Source: an uncultured Verrucomicrobiae bacterium
GTDB taxonomy: Bacteria; Verrucomicrobiota; Verrucomicrobiia; Chthoniobacterales; JAFAMB01
Direction of reading: 5' to 3'
Assembly: GCA_963762565.1 (NCBI GenBank)
Contig: CAVXLD010000007.1
Span: 128,001 to 192,000, forward strand
Length of the DNA stretch: 64,000 nt
Shown here: piece by piece, positions 36,721 to 46,987 of the stretch
Position numbering within the stretch: the first letter of the stretch is position 1
Layout: each line of letters starts with the position of its first letter
Notes under the pieces: model-generated
What the model saw: the letters and a program-made list of their open reading frames with translations, nothing else
Database searches by the model: none
Told to the model about the DNA's origin: nothing
Translations under genes and position numbers: made by a program

Positions 36721-38937
36721 TCGAAGAGCATTGGCGATCACGATAAGGGTGGCGCCGGTATCGGCAGCAATAGCGAGCCAGAGGCTGGTGTAGCCGGCAA
36801 GAGCTAGCACGAGGAAAACCAGCTTTATGGCGAGAGCGAAAGCGATATTGAACTGGATCACGCGCACGGTGCGCCGGCCAAGATGAACGGCTTCGGCAAC
36901 TTTGCTCAGATCGTCGTTCATTAACGCGATGTCGGCCGTTTCAAGAGCCGTATCGGTTCCGGCTGCACCCATTGCGATACCGACCGTCGCCGCAGCCATC
37001 GCGGGCGCGTCGTTCACACCATCGCCAATCATGGCGACCTGTTTGTACTCGGTCAGTAAGGTCCGGACTCGCTCGATCTTTTGATCGGGCAATAGATCGC
37101 CGTGCGCTTCGTCGATGCCAGCTTGTTGCGCGATAGCATTGACAGTGCGCTGGTTATCGCCGCTGAGCATAACGACCTTTCGGACTCCGGTAGCATGCAG
37201 GCTGCGAATAGCATCGGGGGCGTTGGAACGCATCGTGTCGCCGACCGCAATTATACCCAGCACTTCGCCGGCGCAATCGGCGTGCGGCTTATGGCCGACA
37301 ATCACGACTGATTGCCCTTGCTCTTCAACGTCAGCTAGAATTTTCTCAATTTCCTCCGAGCAGACAGCGAGTTCGTGCATGAAGCGGTGATTACCGACGA
37401 AGTAATGATGCCCAGCGAGCTCGGCCTCGGCGCCACGGCCGGTGTGGGCCTGATAGTTTTCGCTTCGCGGAAAATCGATGCCGCGCGCCTCGGCATATTT
37501 CACTACTGCCTGCGCCAGGGGATGATCTGAATGCGTGTCGATCGCAGCTGCGACTCGCGCGATCTCAGCCTCATCGGTGGAGTTTATCGGGACGACGCGG
37601 GTGACGCGCGGACGTCCTTCGGTGATCGTACCGGTCTTATCAACGGCGAGGGCTTTGAGTTGTCCGATCGCTTCAAGAAACGCACCGCCTTTGATGAGCA
37701 CACCGCGGCGAGCCATAGCCGTCAAACCCGAGACGATCGACACCGGAGTCGAGATCACCAAGGCACACGGGCAGGCGATAACCAGCAGCACTAGCGCTCG
37801 GTAAAACCACAAACCCCATGCCGCGCCGGCAATAATTGGCGGGATCAGGAAGACGAGAAGAGCCAGCGCCATCACCGAGGGCGTATAGTATTTCGCAAAC
37901 AGATCCACAAACCGTTGCGAGAGCGCCTTCTGCGATTGCGCCTCCTCCACCAGGTGAATAATTTTCGCGAGAGTGGTGTCAGAATAGCCTTTAGTGACGC
38001 GCACTTCGAGCGAGCCTTCGCCGTTGATTGTACCGGCAAAAATCTGGTCGCCTTGCTTCTTCTCCGCCGGCATCGATTCGCCGGTTATCGGGGCCTGATT
38101 AACAGATGAGGCGCCACTAATTACAGTGCCATCCAACGGTATGCGGGCCCCGGATTTCACCGCGATGACGTCATCAACGGAGACTTTCTCAACCGGCACT
38201 TCGTCGAACCGGTTGCCATTCTTTAGCAGCGCGGTTTCCGGTGCAAGTTTCAGCAGCGACTGGATCGCCTGTCGCGCGCGTGCCACGCTAAACGACTCCA
38301 GTAGCTCTGATAGTGCAAACAGGAACGCCACGGCCGCCCCTTCTGACCACTCACCGATACCCGCTGCGCCGAGCACAGCGATGGTCATCAGCAGGTTCAT
38401 ATCCGGCGCAAAGCGTCGCGTGGCCGCAAGCGCCTTCGGCGCAATGAACCAACCGCCGGAAATGATCGCCACCAGGAAACAACCAAGGGCTGCCGGTTTC
38501 GGTGCGAAATGCGTCCCTGGGATCAGGAGGCCAAAGAGAGTGAACGCGCCCGAGACGCAGACAGCAACGAGTCTCTGCTTTTGCCTTTGCTGCGCATCGT
38601 CAGTAACTTTCTGTCCTTCGCGGGTCGCTTTGAGGCCTGTGGCGTCGATTGCTTTGATCAATACTTCCGGTGTCACACTTTCGTCGTGAGCAATGATTGC
38701 TTTGCCCGACATCACATTTACTCTCACGTCACGGACGCCAATCAGCGGCTTGAGCGCTCGGCGGATGGCTGACACTTCCTCGGCACAGTCGACTCCTGCT
38801 ACTTGTAACGTGGTCTGCATACGTCCAGCTGTGCTCGAGTTAAGCTCCGTTTCAGCGAGTGATGTTTCGTGCGAACAGCACGCACGCTCGTTATGCAAGT
38901 GAGGTTCGTGGTCGTGATGTTGGTCGAGGCTAACCAT
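36697..38937 (-). CDS. cadA: Cd/Zn/Pb P1B-type ATPase
   Basis: DCAEE HMA domain, TGES, CPC, DKTGT, GDGVNDAP; divergent from cadR. Confidence 0.92.
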   Translation of the reverse strand: MVSLDQHHDHEPHLHNERACCSHETSLAETELNSSTAGRMQTTLQVAGVDCAEEVSAIRRALKPLIGVRDVRVNVMSGKAIIAHDESVTPEVLIKAIDATGLKATREGQKVTDDAQQRQKQRLVAVCVSGAFTLFGLLIPGTHFAPKPAALGCFLVAIISGGWFIAPKALAATRRFAPDMNLLMTIAVLGAAGIGEWSEGAAVAFLFALSELLESFSVARARQAIQSLLKLAPETALLKNGNRFDEVPVEKVSVDDVIAVKSGARIPLDGTVISGASSVNQAPITGESMPAEKKQGDQIFAGTINGEGSLEVRVTKGYSDTTLAKIIHLVEEAQSQKALSQRFVDLFAKYYTPSVMALALLVFLIPPIIAGAAWGLWFYRALVLLVIACPCALVISTPVSIVSGLTAMARRGVLIKGGAFLEAIGQLKALAVDKTGTITEGRPRVTRVVPINSTDEAEIARVAAAIDTHSDHPLAQAVVKYAEARGIDFPRSENYQAHTGRGAEAELAGHHYFVGNHRFMHELAVCSEEIEKILADVEEQGQSVVIVGHKPHADCAGEVLGIIAVGDTMRSNAPDAIRSLHATGVRKVVMLSGDNQRTVNAIAQQAGIDEAHGDLLPDQKIERVRTLLTEYKQVAMIGDGVNDAPAMAAATVGIAMGAAGTDTALETADIALMNDDLSKVAEAVHLGRRTVRVIQFNIAFALAIKLVFLVLALAGYTSLWLAIAADTGATLIVIANALRLLRVEPT

Positions 38938-39022
38938 TTGTGAGGTCGGTAGTATTTTTCGATCGCCGTGACATTACTCAGGTCGGCAGGCATACCTGAG
39001 GTTTCACCATTGTTATTTGCGC

Positions 39023-39053
39023 ACTAAAGACCCTGTAGTTACTATAGGGTCAA
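39023..39053 (-). promoter_or_regulatory. CadR/PbrR promoter-operator for cadA
   Basis: TTGACC-19 bp-TTTAGT with the dyad ACCCTATAG..CTACAGGGT. Confidence 0.88.
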
Positions 39054-39086
39054 GCGATGTATTTTGGATCGACGGAAGGCTTGCCT

Positions 39087-39557
39087 ATGAGCATTAATTT
39101 GAAAATCGGGGAGCTCGCCAAGCGAACCGGCTCTCAGGTAGAAACAATTCGCTATTACGAACGGGAGGGACTGCTACCCGAGCCTTTGCGTTCAGAAGGA
39201 AACTACAGGCTCTATTCAGACACTCACCTCGAGCGTCTTCTATTTATCCGGCACTGCCGTTCGTTGGATATGACACTGGAGGAAATCCGCAACCTACTCA
39301 AACTCCGCGATGCTCCAGACGACAATTGCGGAGAAGTGAATGCTTTGCTCGATGAGCACATTCAGCACGTGGCCAAGCGAATCAAAGAATTGAAATTGTT
39401 ACAAAAGAACTTGAGAGAGTTGCGGAATCTCTGCCTGCAAACACAGGCGACCAAAGATTGTCGGATTCTTCAGTCGCTGGGAAGTCTAGTAAAGAACCGG
39501 TTACAGTCGTCGGATGTTGAGCATCGGAACAGCCGCTTGCACAAGACGCATCGATGA
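39087..39557 (+). CDS. cadR: Cd(II)/Pb(II)-responsive regulator CadR/PbrR
   Basis: KIGELAK..ETIRYYE, FIRHCRSLDMTL, three conserved Cys, His-containing tail. Confidence 0.92.
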   Translation: MSINLKIGELAKRTGSQVETIRYYEREGLLPEPLRSEGNYRLYSDTHLERLLFIRHCRSLDMTLEEIRNLLKLRDAPDDNCGEVNALLDEHIQHVAKRIKELKLLQKNLRELRNLCLQTQATKDCRILQSLGSLVKNRLQSSDVEHRNSRLHKTHR

Positions 39558-39642
39558 TCTGAATCACTCAAGGTTTTTCTGGGGTAACCGATCTGTTCTG
39601 AAGCGCTGCAGCCCGAAGAACCGCTGTCGTTTGACGGTTCTG

Positions 39643-40158
39643 TTAGTCATTGTCTTGTGCGGTTGTGTTATCGGTTTTGCTGATCTCTTTCGTGGCGTGC
39701 TCAAGCCGGAGCCGGTCGAGCTTATCGAAGGGCAAACTGCAAAAGATCTCTAGGCGACGATGAATCTGGCGCGAGACCTGCCAGAAATGGCGATAGGTTT
39801 CTTCTTCGGTGCCAACAAAATCAGCCGGATCAGGTGACGGCCAATGGGCGATGATCGGCTGCCCCGGCCAGAACGGACAGCGCTCCTTGGCGTTGTCGCA
39901 GACCGTGATCACGAAGTCAAAAACGTAGCCTTTGTATTCGTCCCAGGACTTAGACCGAGCTGCGGAAGCGTCCATCTCGTAACTTTCTTGTAGTACGCGA
40001 ATGGCATAAGGATTAACGAATGGTCGAGGGTCGGCTCCGGCGCTAAAGGATTCAAATCTTTGTTTCCCCAGCCTGCGAATCAGGTATTCGCAAAAGATGC
40101 TGCGGGCGCTATTGCCGGTGCACAAGAATAGAATCTTGAAGGGGCGGTCTGGGTTCAT
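39643..40158 (-). CDS. arsC: Arsenate reductase (LMW-PTP type)
   Basis: CTGNSARS, ITVCD..CP, DP motifs. Confidence 0.9.
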   Translation of the reverse strand: MNPDRPFKILFLCTGNSARSIFCEYLIRRLGKQRFESFSAGADPRPFVNPYAIRVLQESYEMDASAARSKSWDEYKGYVFDFVITVCDNAKERCPFWPGQPIIAHWPSPDPADFVGTEEETYRHFWQVSRQIHRRLEIFCSLPFDKLDRLRLEHATKEISKTDNTTAQDND

Positions 40159-40168
40159 TTTAATTTAA

Positions 40169-40567
40169 CTACCGCTTAGGTTTAGCTAGTTTCCCTTTTC
40201 CCGGTGTTTTCGCAGTTCCTTCACAAATCGGGGAGGGCGATCGGCTCAACGCCTTTCGTAACCGCGACAAATCAGCAGCGCACACCGGATCCAATCGTAC
40301 GCAATCCGCCAAGCAATTCAGATTGAGCTGTAGGCATCGGTCTGCCGATGGTTTCAAGCGATACACCTTCCATGTCTGGACCCGTTCAAATTCGACGATG
40401 CCGGCTTTCCGCAGGTAGGCAAGGTGCTGGGAAGTATTTACCTGCTGCAAATCCAAAACATCTTGGACGTGGCAAACACAAAGAGGCTGCTGAAGCAAAA
40501 GATTCAGGATCCTTAAGCGGGTCGGATCGGAAAAAGCTCGATAAATCTCCGGCAATGGAGTAGGCAT
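40169..40567 (-). CDS. arsR: ArsR/SmtB family repressor
   Basis: SDPTRLRIL, LCVCH, SQHLAYLR. Confidence 0.9.
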   Translation of the reverse strand: MPTPLPEIYRAFSDPTRLRILNLLLQQPLCVCHVQDVLDLQQVNTSQHLAYLRKAGIVEFERVQTWKVYRLKPSADRCLQLNLNCLADCVRLDPVCAADLSRLRKALSRSPSPICEGTAKTPGKGKLAKPKR

Positions 40568-40577
40568 CAGTGACTAC

Positions 40578-40605
40578 AACATAAGTGGACACTTATATAA
40601 GTCAA
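40578..40605 (-). promoter_or_regulatory. arsR promoter with operator palindrome
   Basis: TTGACT-16 bp-TATGTT overlapping ATAAGTG-GA-CACTTAT. Confidence 0.7.
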
Positions 40606-40692
40606 TGACAGTATTGATGGGGAGTCAGCATTTAAACGCCATAGTTAATTCTTCTTGCAACCTTTCTTTTTAAAAGGAGTCGTCATGGTTAG

Positions 40693-41277
40693 ATGAAGCA
40701 TAACGAACACCCCGTTTTCCTCGATCAAATGGCCGAGCGATTTCGAAGAGAGATCTTTGCCTATATCCAGACTAAGGTGGGAGACCGGGCCGCGGCGGAG
40801 GATCTGACGCAGGAGACCTTTCTCAAGGTTCAGAATTCGTTATCTAAAGGGACTGAACCCGAACATTTCCGCGGTTGGATCTATACAATCGCGCGCAATT
40901 CAGTTGTCGACTTTATGAATCAAAGGCGGCGGTTTTTGGCACTTGATGAGGCACGGGACGCTGCCCAGATCCAACCGTCGGAAGTCGGCGATGCAAATGA
41001 CAGCGAATTTCGCAAACGCCTCTTTTCTTACGCTCTCCAGGTGATCGAAACCTTGCCGATGGAGGATCGTGAAGCCCTGACCCTGACAGAAATTGATGGT
41101 TTGAGCCGCGAGGAATTAGCCAGCGAGCTGGGTATTTCTCTCACGGCAACAAAATCCCGAGTTCACCGTGCTCGAGCTAAGCTTCGAAAAACAGTCGAAG
41201 AGTGCTGTCGTCTAGTGACTGACCCTTATGGCCGAGTCATTGATTGGAAGAAGCGGAGAACATCGTGTCGCGAATAG
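40693..41277 (+). CDS. ECF sigma factor, SigZ-like
   Basis: AEDLTQETFLK, WIYTIARN, KSRVHRAR, C-terminal ECC..DPYG. Confidence 0.88.
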   Translation: MKHNEHPVFLDQMAERFRREIFAYIQTKVGDRAAAEDLTQETFLKVQNSLSKGTEPEHFRGWIYTIARNSVVDFMNQRRRFLALDEARDAAQIQPSEVGDANDSEFRKRLFSYALQVIETLPMEDREALTLTEIDGLSREELASELGISLTATKSRVHRARAKLRKTVEECCRLVTDPYGRVIDWKKRRTSCRE

Positions 41278-41692
41278 GGGAGTTTTGCCACCTAGTCCTG
41301 TAGGAAACCAGGATTGCGACTAACAGGACGTTAAGAAGAGCAATCGCCAGGAGAGCAAAAAGTACCTCCGTAGGGCCTCGAGTTTCCAGAACTACGGCGG
41401 CCGCTATCGGAGAAATAGCCTGCGCCAATAGACTCGGCGCAGCCAATCGCCCCATCAGGACGGCGTACCCATCGGCTCCCAACAAAGCGAGCGGGACGGT
41501 TCCTCGCGCAATGGACATGACGCCCATTCCCGCTCCATGAAAGACAAGTGCCAATGCGATGATCGGTAAATCAAGTGACAAGATCAAAAGGCCACTAGCG
41601 AAGATTTGGGTCACGCCGAGTGCCGCAACGGTAGTAATTTGCTGCGGCTCTCGGTCTTGCGAGTTGTTAGAACGCGGGCGAGCTCGGATCAT
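41237..41692 (-). pseudogene. Internally deleted MFS transporter (ArsK-like)
   Basis: N-terminal VAALGVTQI joined in frame to C-terminal GMGVMSIARGTVPLALLG..GY..LMGRLA; 151 aa. Confidence 0.65.
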
Positions 41693-41710
41693 CCCGTCAT
41701 GTTTTTTGGA

Positions 41711-42283
41711 TTACCGGCAACAAATAGCTTCAGCACGGGCTTTGCTGTGATTCTCGCGATCCCTCGCTTTGCAGGTCACCGCGGGAGCGCGCAGGTGAAC
41801 GAGGATCAGCGCTTCTCGTGATTCCAGGCGCTCGACATGATAACTAGCAGCTGCCCTGTGCGCGTCGCCGTACTCAAACCGCAGCTCGGCGTTATCAGAA
41901 ACGGGAATGTGCTCCACCACGCGATCATAGATAGCCAGAAATTTTTTCACCGTCATATATCCACGTTCTGGCTCGTCGCCCGGATTCCATAGCTGGATCA
42001 CGGTTTCGTCCCAACTATCGGCGACTCCGCCACAGTCCATCGTGCTATAGGTGACTGCCTTGACTTCCGTAACATGATATCCAGCTCCAACCAACACTGC
42101 TTGATCAAGCTGAAAGACAACCTGCTGATCGGGTTTGGCGCCACGCAATCTGTCTAAGAAAACTCGGGTGCTAGTTGTTTTGCTCGTGCTGCAGCAATCC
42201 TGACCTTCGGCCCTCGTAGCGAGAGGTTCTCCACCTTGGTCCCTGATCTCCAGAACGGCTTGATTCGTATAGGTATTCTCCAA
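41711..42283 (-). CDS. DUF6428-like Cys-containing protein of ars clusters
   Basis: YHVTEVK..DCGG..WDETVIQLW, TCKA, terminal CC. Confidence 0.7.
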   Translation of the reverse strand: MENTYTNQAVLEIRDQGGEPLATRAEGQDCCSTSKTTSTRVFLDRLRGAKPDQQVVFQLDQAVLVGAGYHVTEVKAVTYSTMDCGGVADSWDETVIQLWNPGDEPERGYMTVKKFLAIYDRVVEHIPVSDNAELRFEYGDAHRAAASYHVERLESREALILVHLRAPAVTCKARDRENHSKARAEAICCR

Positions 42284-42341
42284 TCAAGAAGACTCACCCC
42301 GATGGCTTTGGTCGCGGGCTTTTTGAGAACCCGCATTCCTC

Positions 42342-42950
42342 TCAGCGCTTCAAAAGCTGAATCGTACCGGTTCTAATAATGATCAGAATGCCCAATCCAA
42401 TTAGCACGAAAGGGACAACCCGATGGGCATGAGTGCGAATCGGTACGCCAAGGGTCCTATGATTGACGAGCCAATGAGCAATGAGACACCACAGACCCGT
42501 CATGACTGCGAATACCATCCCAATTACGGCCACGTCAAAGCCTTCACATGAGGCGAAGAGAGCTGTATACACTGCGATGTTATCCCCGCCGTTGGCGATG
42601 GTAACCGCCGCCACGGATAACCTTCGGCCATGTCCTCCCGTGCCAGTAATCGGGGGTGCGATCTTCTGATTGCGCAATAGGGTGTATAGCTTTTTGACTC
42701 CAATCCCGATGGGCGCAAGACCGAGCAAGCCAATATAAGCCGGTGGAATAATTACCAGTGAAATCAGGCTCGCGATAGCGGCGATCACATATAACGCGAT
42801 TATCCCCGCGTACTGACCAATAACGACATCGTGTGCTCGGAAGCTTTTATCGGCAAAGAACCCGACGAGGACGAACACGTCGTCGATATTCGTCGATGCA
42901 AACGCGATGACCGCCAGACCGATCAGGTCAACCAATGAATTCATCTGCAC
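42342..42950 (-). CDS. cadD: Cadmium resistance transporter (CadD family)
   Basis: ASTNIDD, GQY, TIANGGDNIAVY. Confidence 0.85.
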   Translation of the reverse strand: MQMNSLVDLIGLAVIAFASTNIDDVFVLVGFFADKSFRAHDVVIGQYAGIIALYVIAAIASLISLVIIPPAYIGLLGLAPIGIGVKKLYTLLRNQKIAPPITGTGGHGRRLSVAAVTIANGGDNIAVYTALFASCEGFDVAVIGMVFAVMTGLWCLIAHWLVNHRTLGVPIRTHAHRVVPFVLIGLGILIIIRTGTIQLLKR

Positions 42951-43130
42951 GGGTCCGTAGCAACACCCCGGGAGTTGTTTATTTTTTGGGGATCGCCGGC
43001 TATTCGGCGTCTTTACGCAGTCAGTGTTGCGTCGAAGCAGCCTTACGTCTACGGATCTCTACGGTACACTCTTTCTCGGACCCATGAGGTAGAAGACCAA
43101 AAATGACCGCCACAGGAAAGGAGCCTTTCG

Positions 43131-43655
43131 ATGATGGTATCTGTCTTTGTCGGCACCAGCCTTGACGGCTTCATTGCGCGACCGAACGGCGATCTCGATT
43201 TTTTGCCGCCGCACGGCGGCGAACCCCATGGCTACGACGAATTTATAGCAAGCGTCGATGTGATTGTGATAGGTCGCAAGACCTTCGAGACGGTTTTGAC
43301 GCTCGGGCCCTGGCCATATGGTGACAAGCGGGTAGTGGTCCTGAGCAGTCGCCCCGTTGACTTGTCCGCGGCCAGCGGAGGCGCTGTCGAACAGATGGCC
43401 GGGCCTCCGGCTCAGATCGTTTCGCAACTCGCTGCTAGTGGCGCCCGCCACCTCTACGTCGACGGTGGGATCACGATTCAAGGGTTCCTACGCGCGGGGC
43501 TGATTCAACGTCTTATTGTTACTCGTGTGCCTGTCCTCATCGGAGATGGAGTTCCTCTCTTCGGCAGCCTTGGGCGCGACATCCGGCTCCGTCACGTGGC
43601 GACCCGACAGTATCCGAGCGGGCTAGTTAGCAGCGAGTACCATGTCGCCGCCTAA
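43131..43655 (+). CDS. Dihydrofolate reductase/RibD C-terminal domain protein
   Basis: SLDGFIAR, GRKTFE, YVDGG, PVLIGDG. Confidence 0.9.
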   Translation: MMVSVFVGTSLDGFIARPNGDLDFLPPHGGEPHGYDEFIASVDVIVIGRKTFETVLTLGPWPYGDKRVVVLSSRPVDLSAASGGAVEQMAGPPAQIVSQLAASGARHLYVDGGITIQGFLRAGLIQRLIVTRVPVLIGDGVPLFGSLGRDIRLRHVATRQYPSGLVSSEYHVAA

Positions 43656-43966
43656 CTTTCCGAAAAATGTCACGGAATAACGACGGCACTTCTGATGCCC
43701 TTTCAGGGCATGTCTTGTTGAAACCTCACACCCAGGATTGAAACCCCGACTCCGCAAGGCCTACGTCGCGGCCAGTTATTAGGTGATGCAAGCCATAAGC
43801 TAGGGCGCGCCGTAGCGAAGCGAAGGCGGCCTGGGCTAAGTTCTGTTGCCCGTTCCGGGCAAGAAACGCAGCGCATGGCAAACAAAGCGGTTCCCAGAAC
43901 CAGGTCCCTCTCGGAATTCTCTACTTGAACTCCTGACCTCCTTGAACTCCTGTACTTCTTTCACAC

Positions 43967-44032
43967 GGCGCGTTCGTCTAGTCGGTTAGGACACGGCCCT
44001 CTCAAGGCCGGTGCACGGGTTCGAGTCCCGTA
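43967..44032 (+). pseudogene. tRNA-Glu 5' fragment (66 nt), att-like site 1
   Basis: Identical to 57400-57465; the last 10 nt are replaced by GGTTCTCCTCTAGAGCAA. Confidence 0.92.
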
Positions 44033-44357
44033 GGTTCTCCTCTAGAGCAACTCACTAATGAGAACGTGCCGATCGGATATCCTATGTTGGGCCGGACTGG
44101 AGCTTTCCCGAAATTACGCTCTCGTAGCCTATCACTTTGGGAATCATTTGGCATAGGCATGCAGTCAAAAAAGCGCCCCGACGAACCGTTCGTGAGCGTA
44201 AGGATTGTCTCAGAATGAGATGATCCGTTTCAGTTTGAGACGGCGGCTTCTTTGCTATGCAGATTCTGGCCTGTTCGAACCAGCGGCCGAGGTCACGCTC
44301 TTCCCTTGGCATGTAACTTGCCATGTAAGGTTCAGCAAATCCCTCCGAGGACCTGCC

Positions 44358-46925
44358 ATGAGACTCCTGCGCCGCTTTTTCATTCGCCTCGCGAACCTCA
44401 CCACCGGAAGGCGCGCCGACCAGCGCCACCACGCCGAGCAGGGTCTTCCGCTTGCTGAGAATTTTCTCCTCGACCTCCGCTACGCTTTTCGAATGCTGCA
44501 CCGGTCTCCCGGATTTTCGCTGATTGTCATCGCCACCATGGCCCTGGGCGTTGGAGCCACCACCGCCATCTACAGCGTCATCGACGCCACGCTGCTGCAT
44601 CCTTTGCCCTACCCCAACCCCAGCGAACTGGTGCGCATTGAGGACGATCTTCCGGGTGTGGGCGCGCAGGATGTTAGCGTTTCGATTCCTGAGTGGAAGG
44701 ACCTGGAGAACTCGGGGATTTTTCAATACGTGGCCCTCGACTTTTTCGGCTCCGCGAATCTTACGGGCAGCGCACAGCCCACGCGTATCGCGGCGAAGAT
44801 TGTGACGTCGAATTACTTTGCGATGCTGGGTGTGGGCGCGCAGTTGGGCCGCACCTTCGATCCGGGCGACAAGACGCCGGGCTTCAACCTGGAGATGGTG
44901 ATCAGCGACGGGCTCTGGAAGAGGGTGTTTGGAGCGGACCCGCGCATTCTGGGGAAAACGGTGCGCGTGGATAACGATGTGTATCACGTGGTGGGCGTGA
45001 TGCCGCCCGGTTTTCGCGACCAGGGAATGACCAGCGAGGAGCGGAATACGGAGGCGTGGTCGGCAGCCGGCTTTGCCGCTGTGCCGTTTCCACCTCCGCT
45101 GCGCAACTCGCGACTTGGGACGGCCTTCGCGCGTTTGAAACCGGGTCTGCCGGTGGCGTCAGCACAGGCACATATCGACGCGCTGGTGGCTTCGCTGAAG
45201 AAGCAATATCCAGCGGATTATCCTGCGCAGGCCGCATGGACCATCCGCCTGATTCCCCTAGCCGAGACTCTTGTCGGCAACGTTCGCCAGTCGCTGATTC
45301 TGCTGTTCGGCGCGGTGGGCCTGGTCCTGTTGATCGGCTGCGTCAACGTCGCCAATCTGCTGCTTGCTCGCGCCAGCGCGCGCGGACGCGAGATGGCGAT
45401 GCGTCAGGCATTGGGAGCCGCAAGAATGCGCCTCATTCGTCAGCTCCTCACCGAGAGCTTGCTGCTCTTCGTGCTTGGCGGCATCACCGGTTTCGCGGTT
45501 CTCTTCTGCGCCCGGAAATTCCTGTTGCAATTTATTCCCGAAAGTCTGCCGCGCCTCAATGACATTTCCATCAGCTGGGGCGTGCTGGCGTTTGCTATCG
45601 TCGTCTCCGTCGCCGCCGGAACCATCTTCGGGCTTGCTCCGGCGTGGCTCATGAGCCGCCTCGATTTGAACACGACGCTCCGGCAGGAAGGTCGTGGCTC
45701 CAACGGTTCCCGGCAGCGCTCGCGCTTGCGCCATGCTCTGGTGATTGGTGAATTAGCCCTCTCCCTGGTGCTGATGATCGCCGCCGGCCTTCTTCTGCGC
45801 AGCTTCTGGGACTTGTTCAAGGTTCAACTCGGCTTCAATCCCAGCCGCGTCATGGCAATCGAGACCTGGCTGCCGTTTCCCAACGATCCCAAAAACGACA
45901 TTTACAGCACCGCCACGCAGGAATCGGTGCTGCTGCGCGAAGTTCTCCGCCGCAACCGGACGCTTCCCGGTGTGGAAGAAACGGCCGTCGGCGATCGGGC
46001 GGCTCTTCCCCTCGGCCATGGCAAGGACGATCTCAACATGTCCCCCTTGATCCGCGAAGGCCAGGACGTGCAGAGCAGCCAGCCTCCTCTGATCGATACA
46101 TCGTTCGTCTCACCTGAATACTTTCACCTGCTCGGCATGACGCTCCTGCGCGGACGCCTCTTCGTCGATCAGGACCTTGAAGACACGCCTTCGATCGCAG
46201 TCATCAATCAGGCCGCCGCGCGCACCTACTGGCCCAACCAGGATCCGGTCGGCAAGCGCGTCCGGTTGAGGGCCGAGAAGCCGGACTGGACCACCATCGT
46301 CGGCGTAATCGCCGATGCGCGCACCGAATCGCTCGCGGACGCCGCGATTCCGCAGGTCTACCTCGACATCTACCAGCGCTGGGCAAAAGATCTGGCTTTC
46401 TTTCTGCGCGGACAGGTCGATCCCAGCGCCATCTCCGCCCAGGTGCGCACACAAATCCAGGCCGTCGATCCGAACCTTCCGGTCTTCCGCGCGGAGACGT
46501 TGGACGAGGTTCTCTCGTCTTCGCTTTCTGTGCGCCGATTCTCCATGGAAATGGTGGCGCTCTTTGCCGCAACTGCCCTGCTGCTCGCGGGCCTGGGAAT
46601 CTATGGAACCATCTCCTTTCTGGTCAATGAGCAATCGCGCGAGATCGCCATTCGCCTCGCGCTGGGCGCGCAAAGGCGCGATGTCCTCAAGATGGTTTTA
46701 CGCCAGGGCCTCGCTCTGGCCGCCGCTGGCGCCGGTGTAGGCCTGGTTGGCGCGCTGATTGTTTCTCATCTCATGGCCAGCCTGCTTTACGGTGTCTCGC
46801 CCTACGATCTCTCCACCTTCGCCGGCGTAACCGCCGTGCTCACCGCCGTCGCGATCGCCGCCAGTTACGTCCCTGCGCTGCGCGCCATGCGCCTCGATCC
46901 AATCACGACACTCCGCGCCGAATGA
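44358..46925 (+). CDS. Duplicated MacB/FtsX ABC permease (ADOP-like) without ATPase partner
   Basis: DLRYAFRML, LLIGCVNVANLLLAR, REIAIRLALGA, LDPITTLRAE; visibly GC-richer than flanks. Confidence 0.9.
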   Translation: MRLLRRFFIRLANLTTGRRADQRHHAEQGLPLAENFLLDLRYAFRMLHRSPGFSLIVIATMALGVGATTAIYSVIDATLLHPLPYPNPSELVRIEDDLPGVGAQDVSVSIPEWKDLENSGIFQYVALDFFGSANLTGSAQPTRIAAKIVTSNYFAMLGVGAQLGRTFDPGDKTPGFNLEMVISDGLWKRVFGADPRILGKTVRVDNDVYHVVGVMPPGFRDQGMTSEERNTEAWSAAGFAAVPFPPPLRNSRLGTAFARLKPGLPVASAQAHIDALVASLKKQYPADYPAQAAWTIRLIPLAETLVGNVRQSLILLFGAVGLVLLIGCVNVANLLLARASARGREMAMRQALGAARMRLIRQLLTESLLLFVLGGITGFAVLFCARKFLLQFIPESLPRLNDISISWGVLAFAIVVSVAAGTIFGLAPAWLMSRLDLNTTLRQEGRGSNGSRQRSRLRHALVIGELALSLVLMIAAGLLLRSFWDLFKVQLGFNPSRVMAIETWLPFPNDPKNDIYSTATQESVLLREVLRRNRTLPGVEETAVGDRAALPLGHGKDDLNMSPLIREGQDVQSSQPPLIDTSFVSPEYFHLLGMTLLRGRLFVDQDLEDTPSIAVINQAAARTYWPNQDPVGKRVRLRAEKPDWTTIVGVIADARTESLADAAIPQVYLDIYQRWAKDLAFFLRGQVDPSAISAQVRTQIQAVDPNLPVFRAETLDEVLSSSLSVRRFSMEMVALFAATALLLAGLGIYGTISFLVNEQSREIAIRLALGAQRRDVLKMVLRQGLALAAAGAGVGLVGALIVSHLMASLLYGVSPYDLSTFAGVTAVLTAVAIAASYVPALRAMRLDPITTLRAE

Positions 46926-46987
46926 CCTTTGGCACTGCTCGAGACTTGCCTTCACAAGTTGTTGCCATCCCAATGGAAGTCAGAGTT

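Noticed and set aside
40657..40684. ECF autoregulatory promoter GCAAC..CGTC before the SigZ-like gene
   Set aside because: The 19-bp spacing is longer than typical and no second example supports it.
44082..44987. 301-aa antisense ORF and other long shadow ORFs over GC-rich genes
   Set aside because: They overlap well-supported genes on the opposite strand and show no recognisable motifs.
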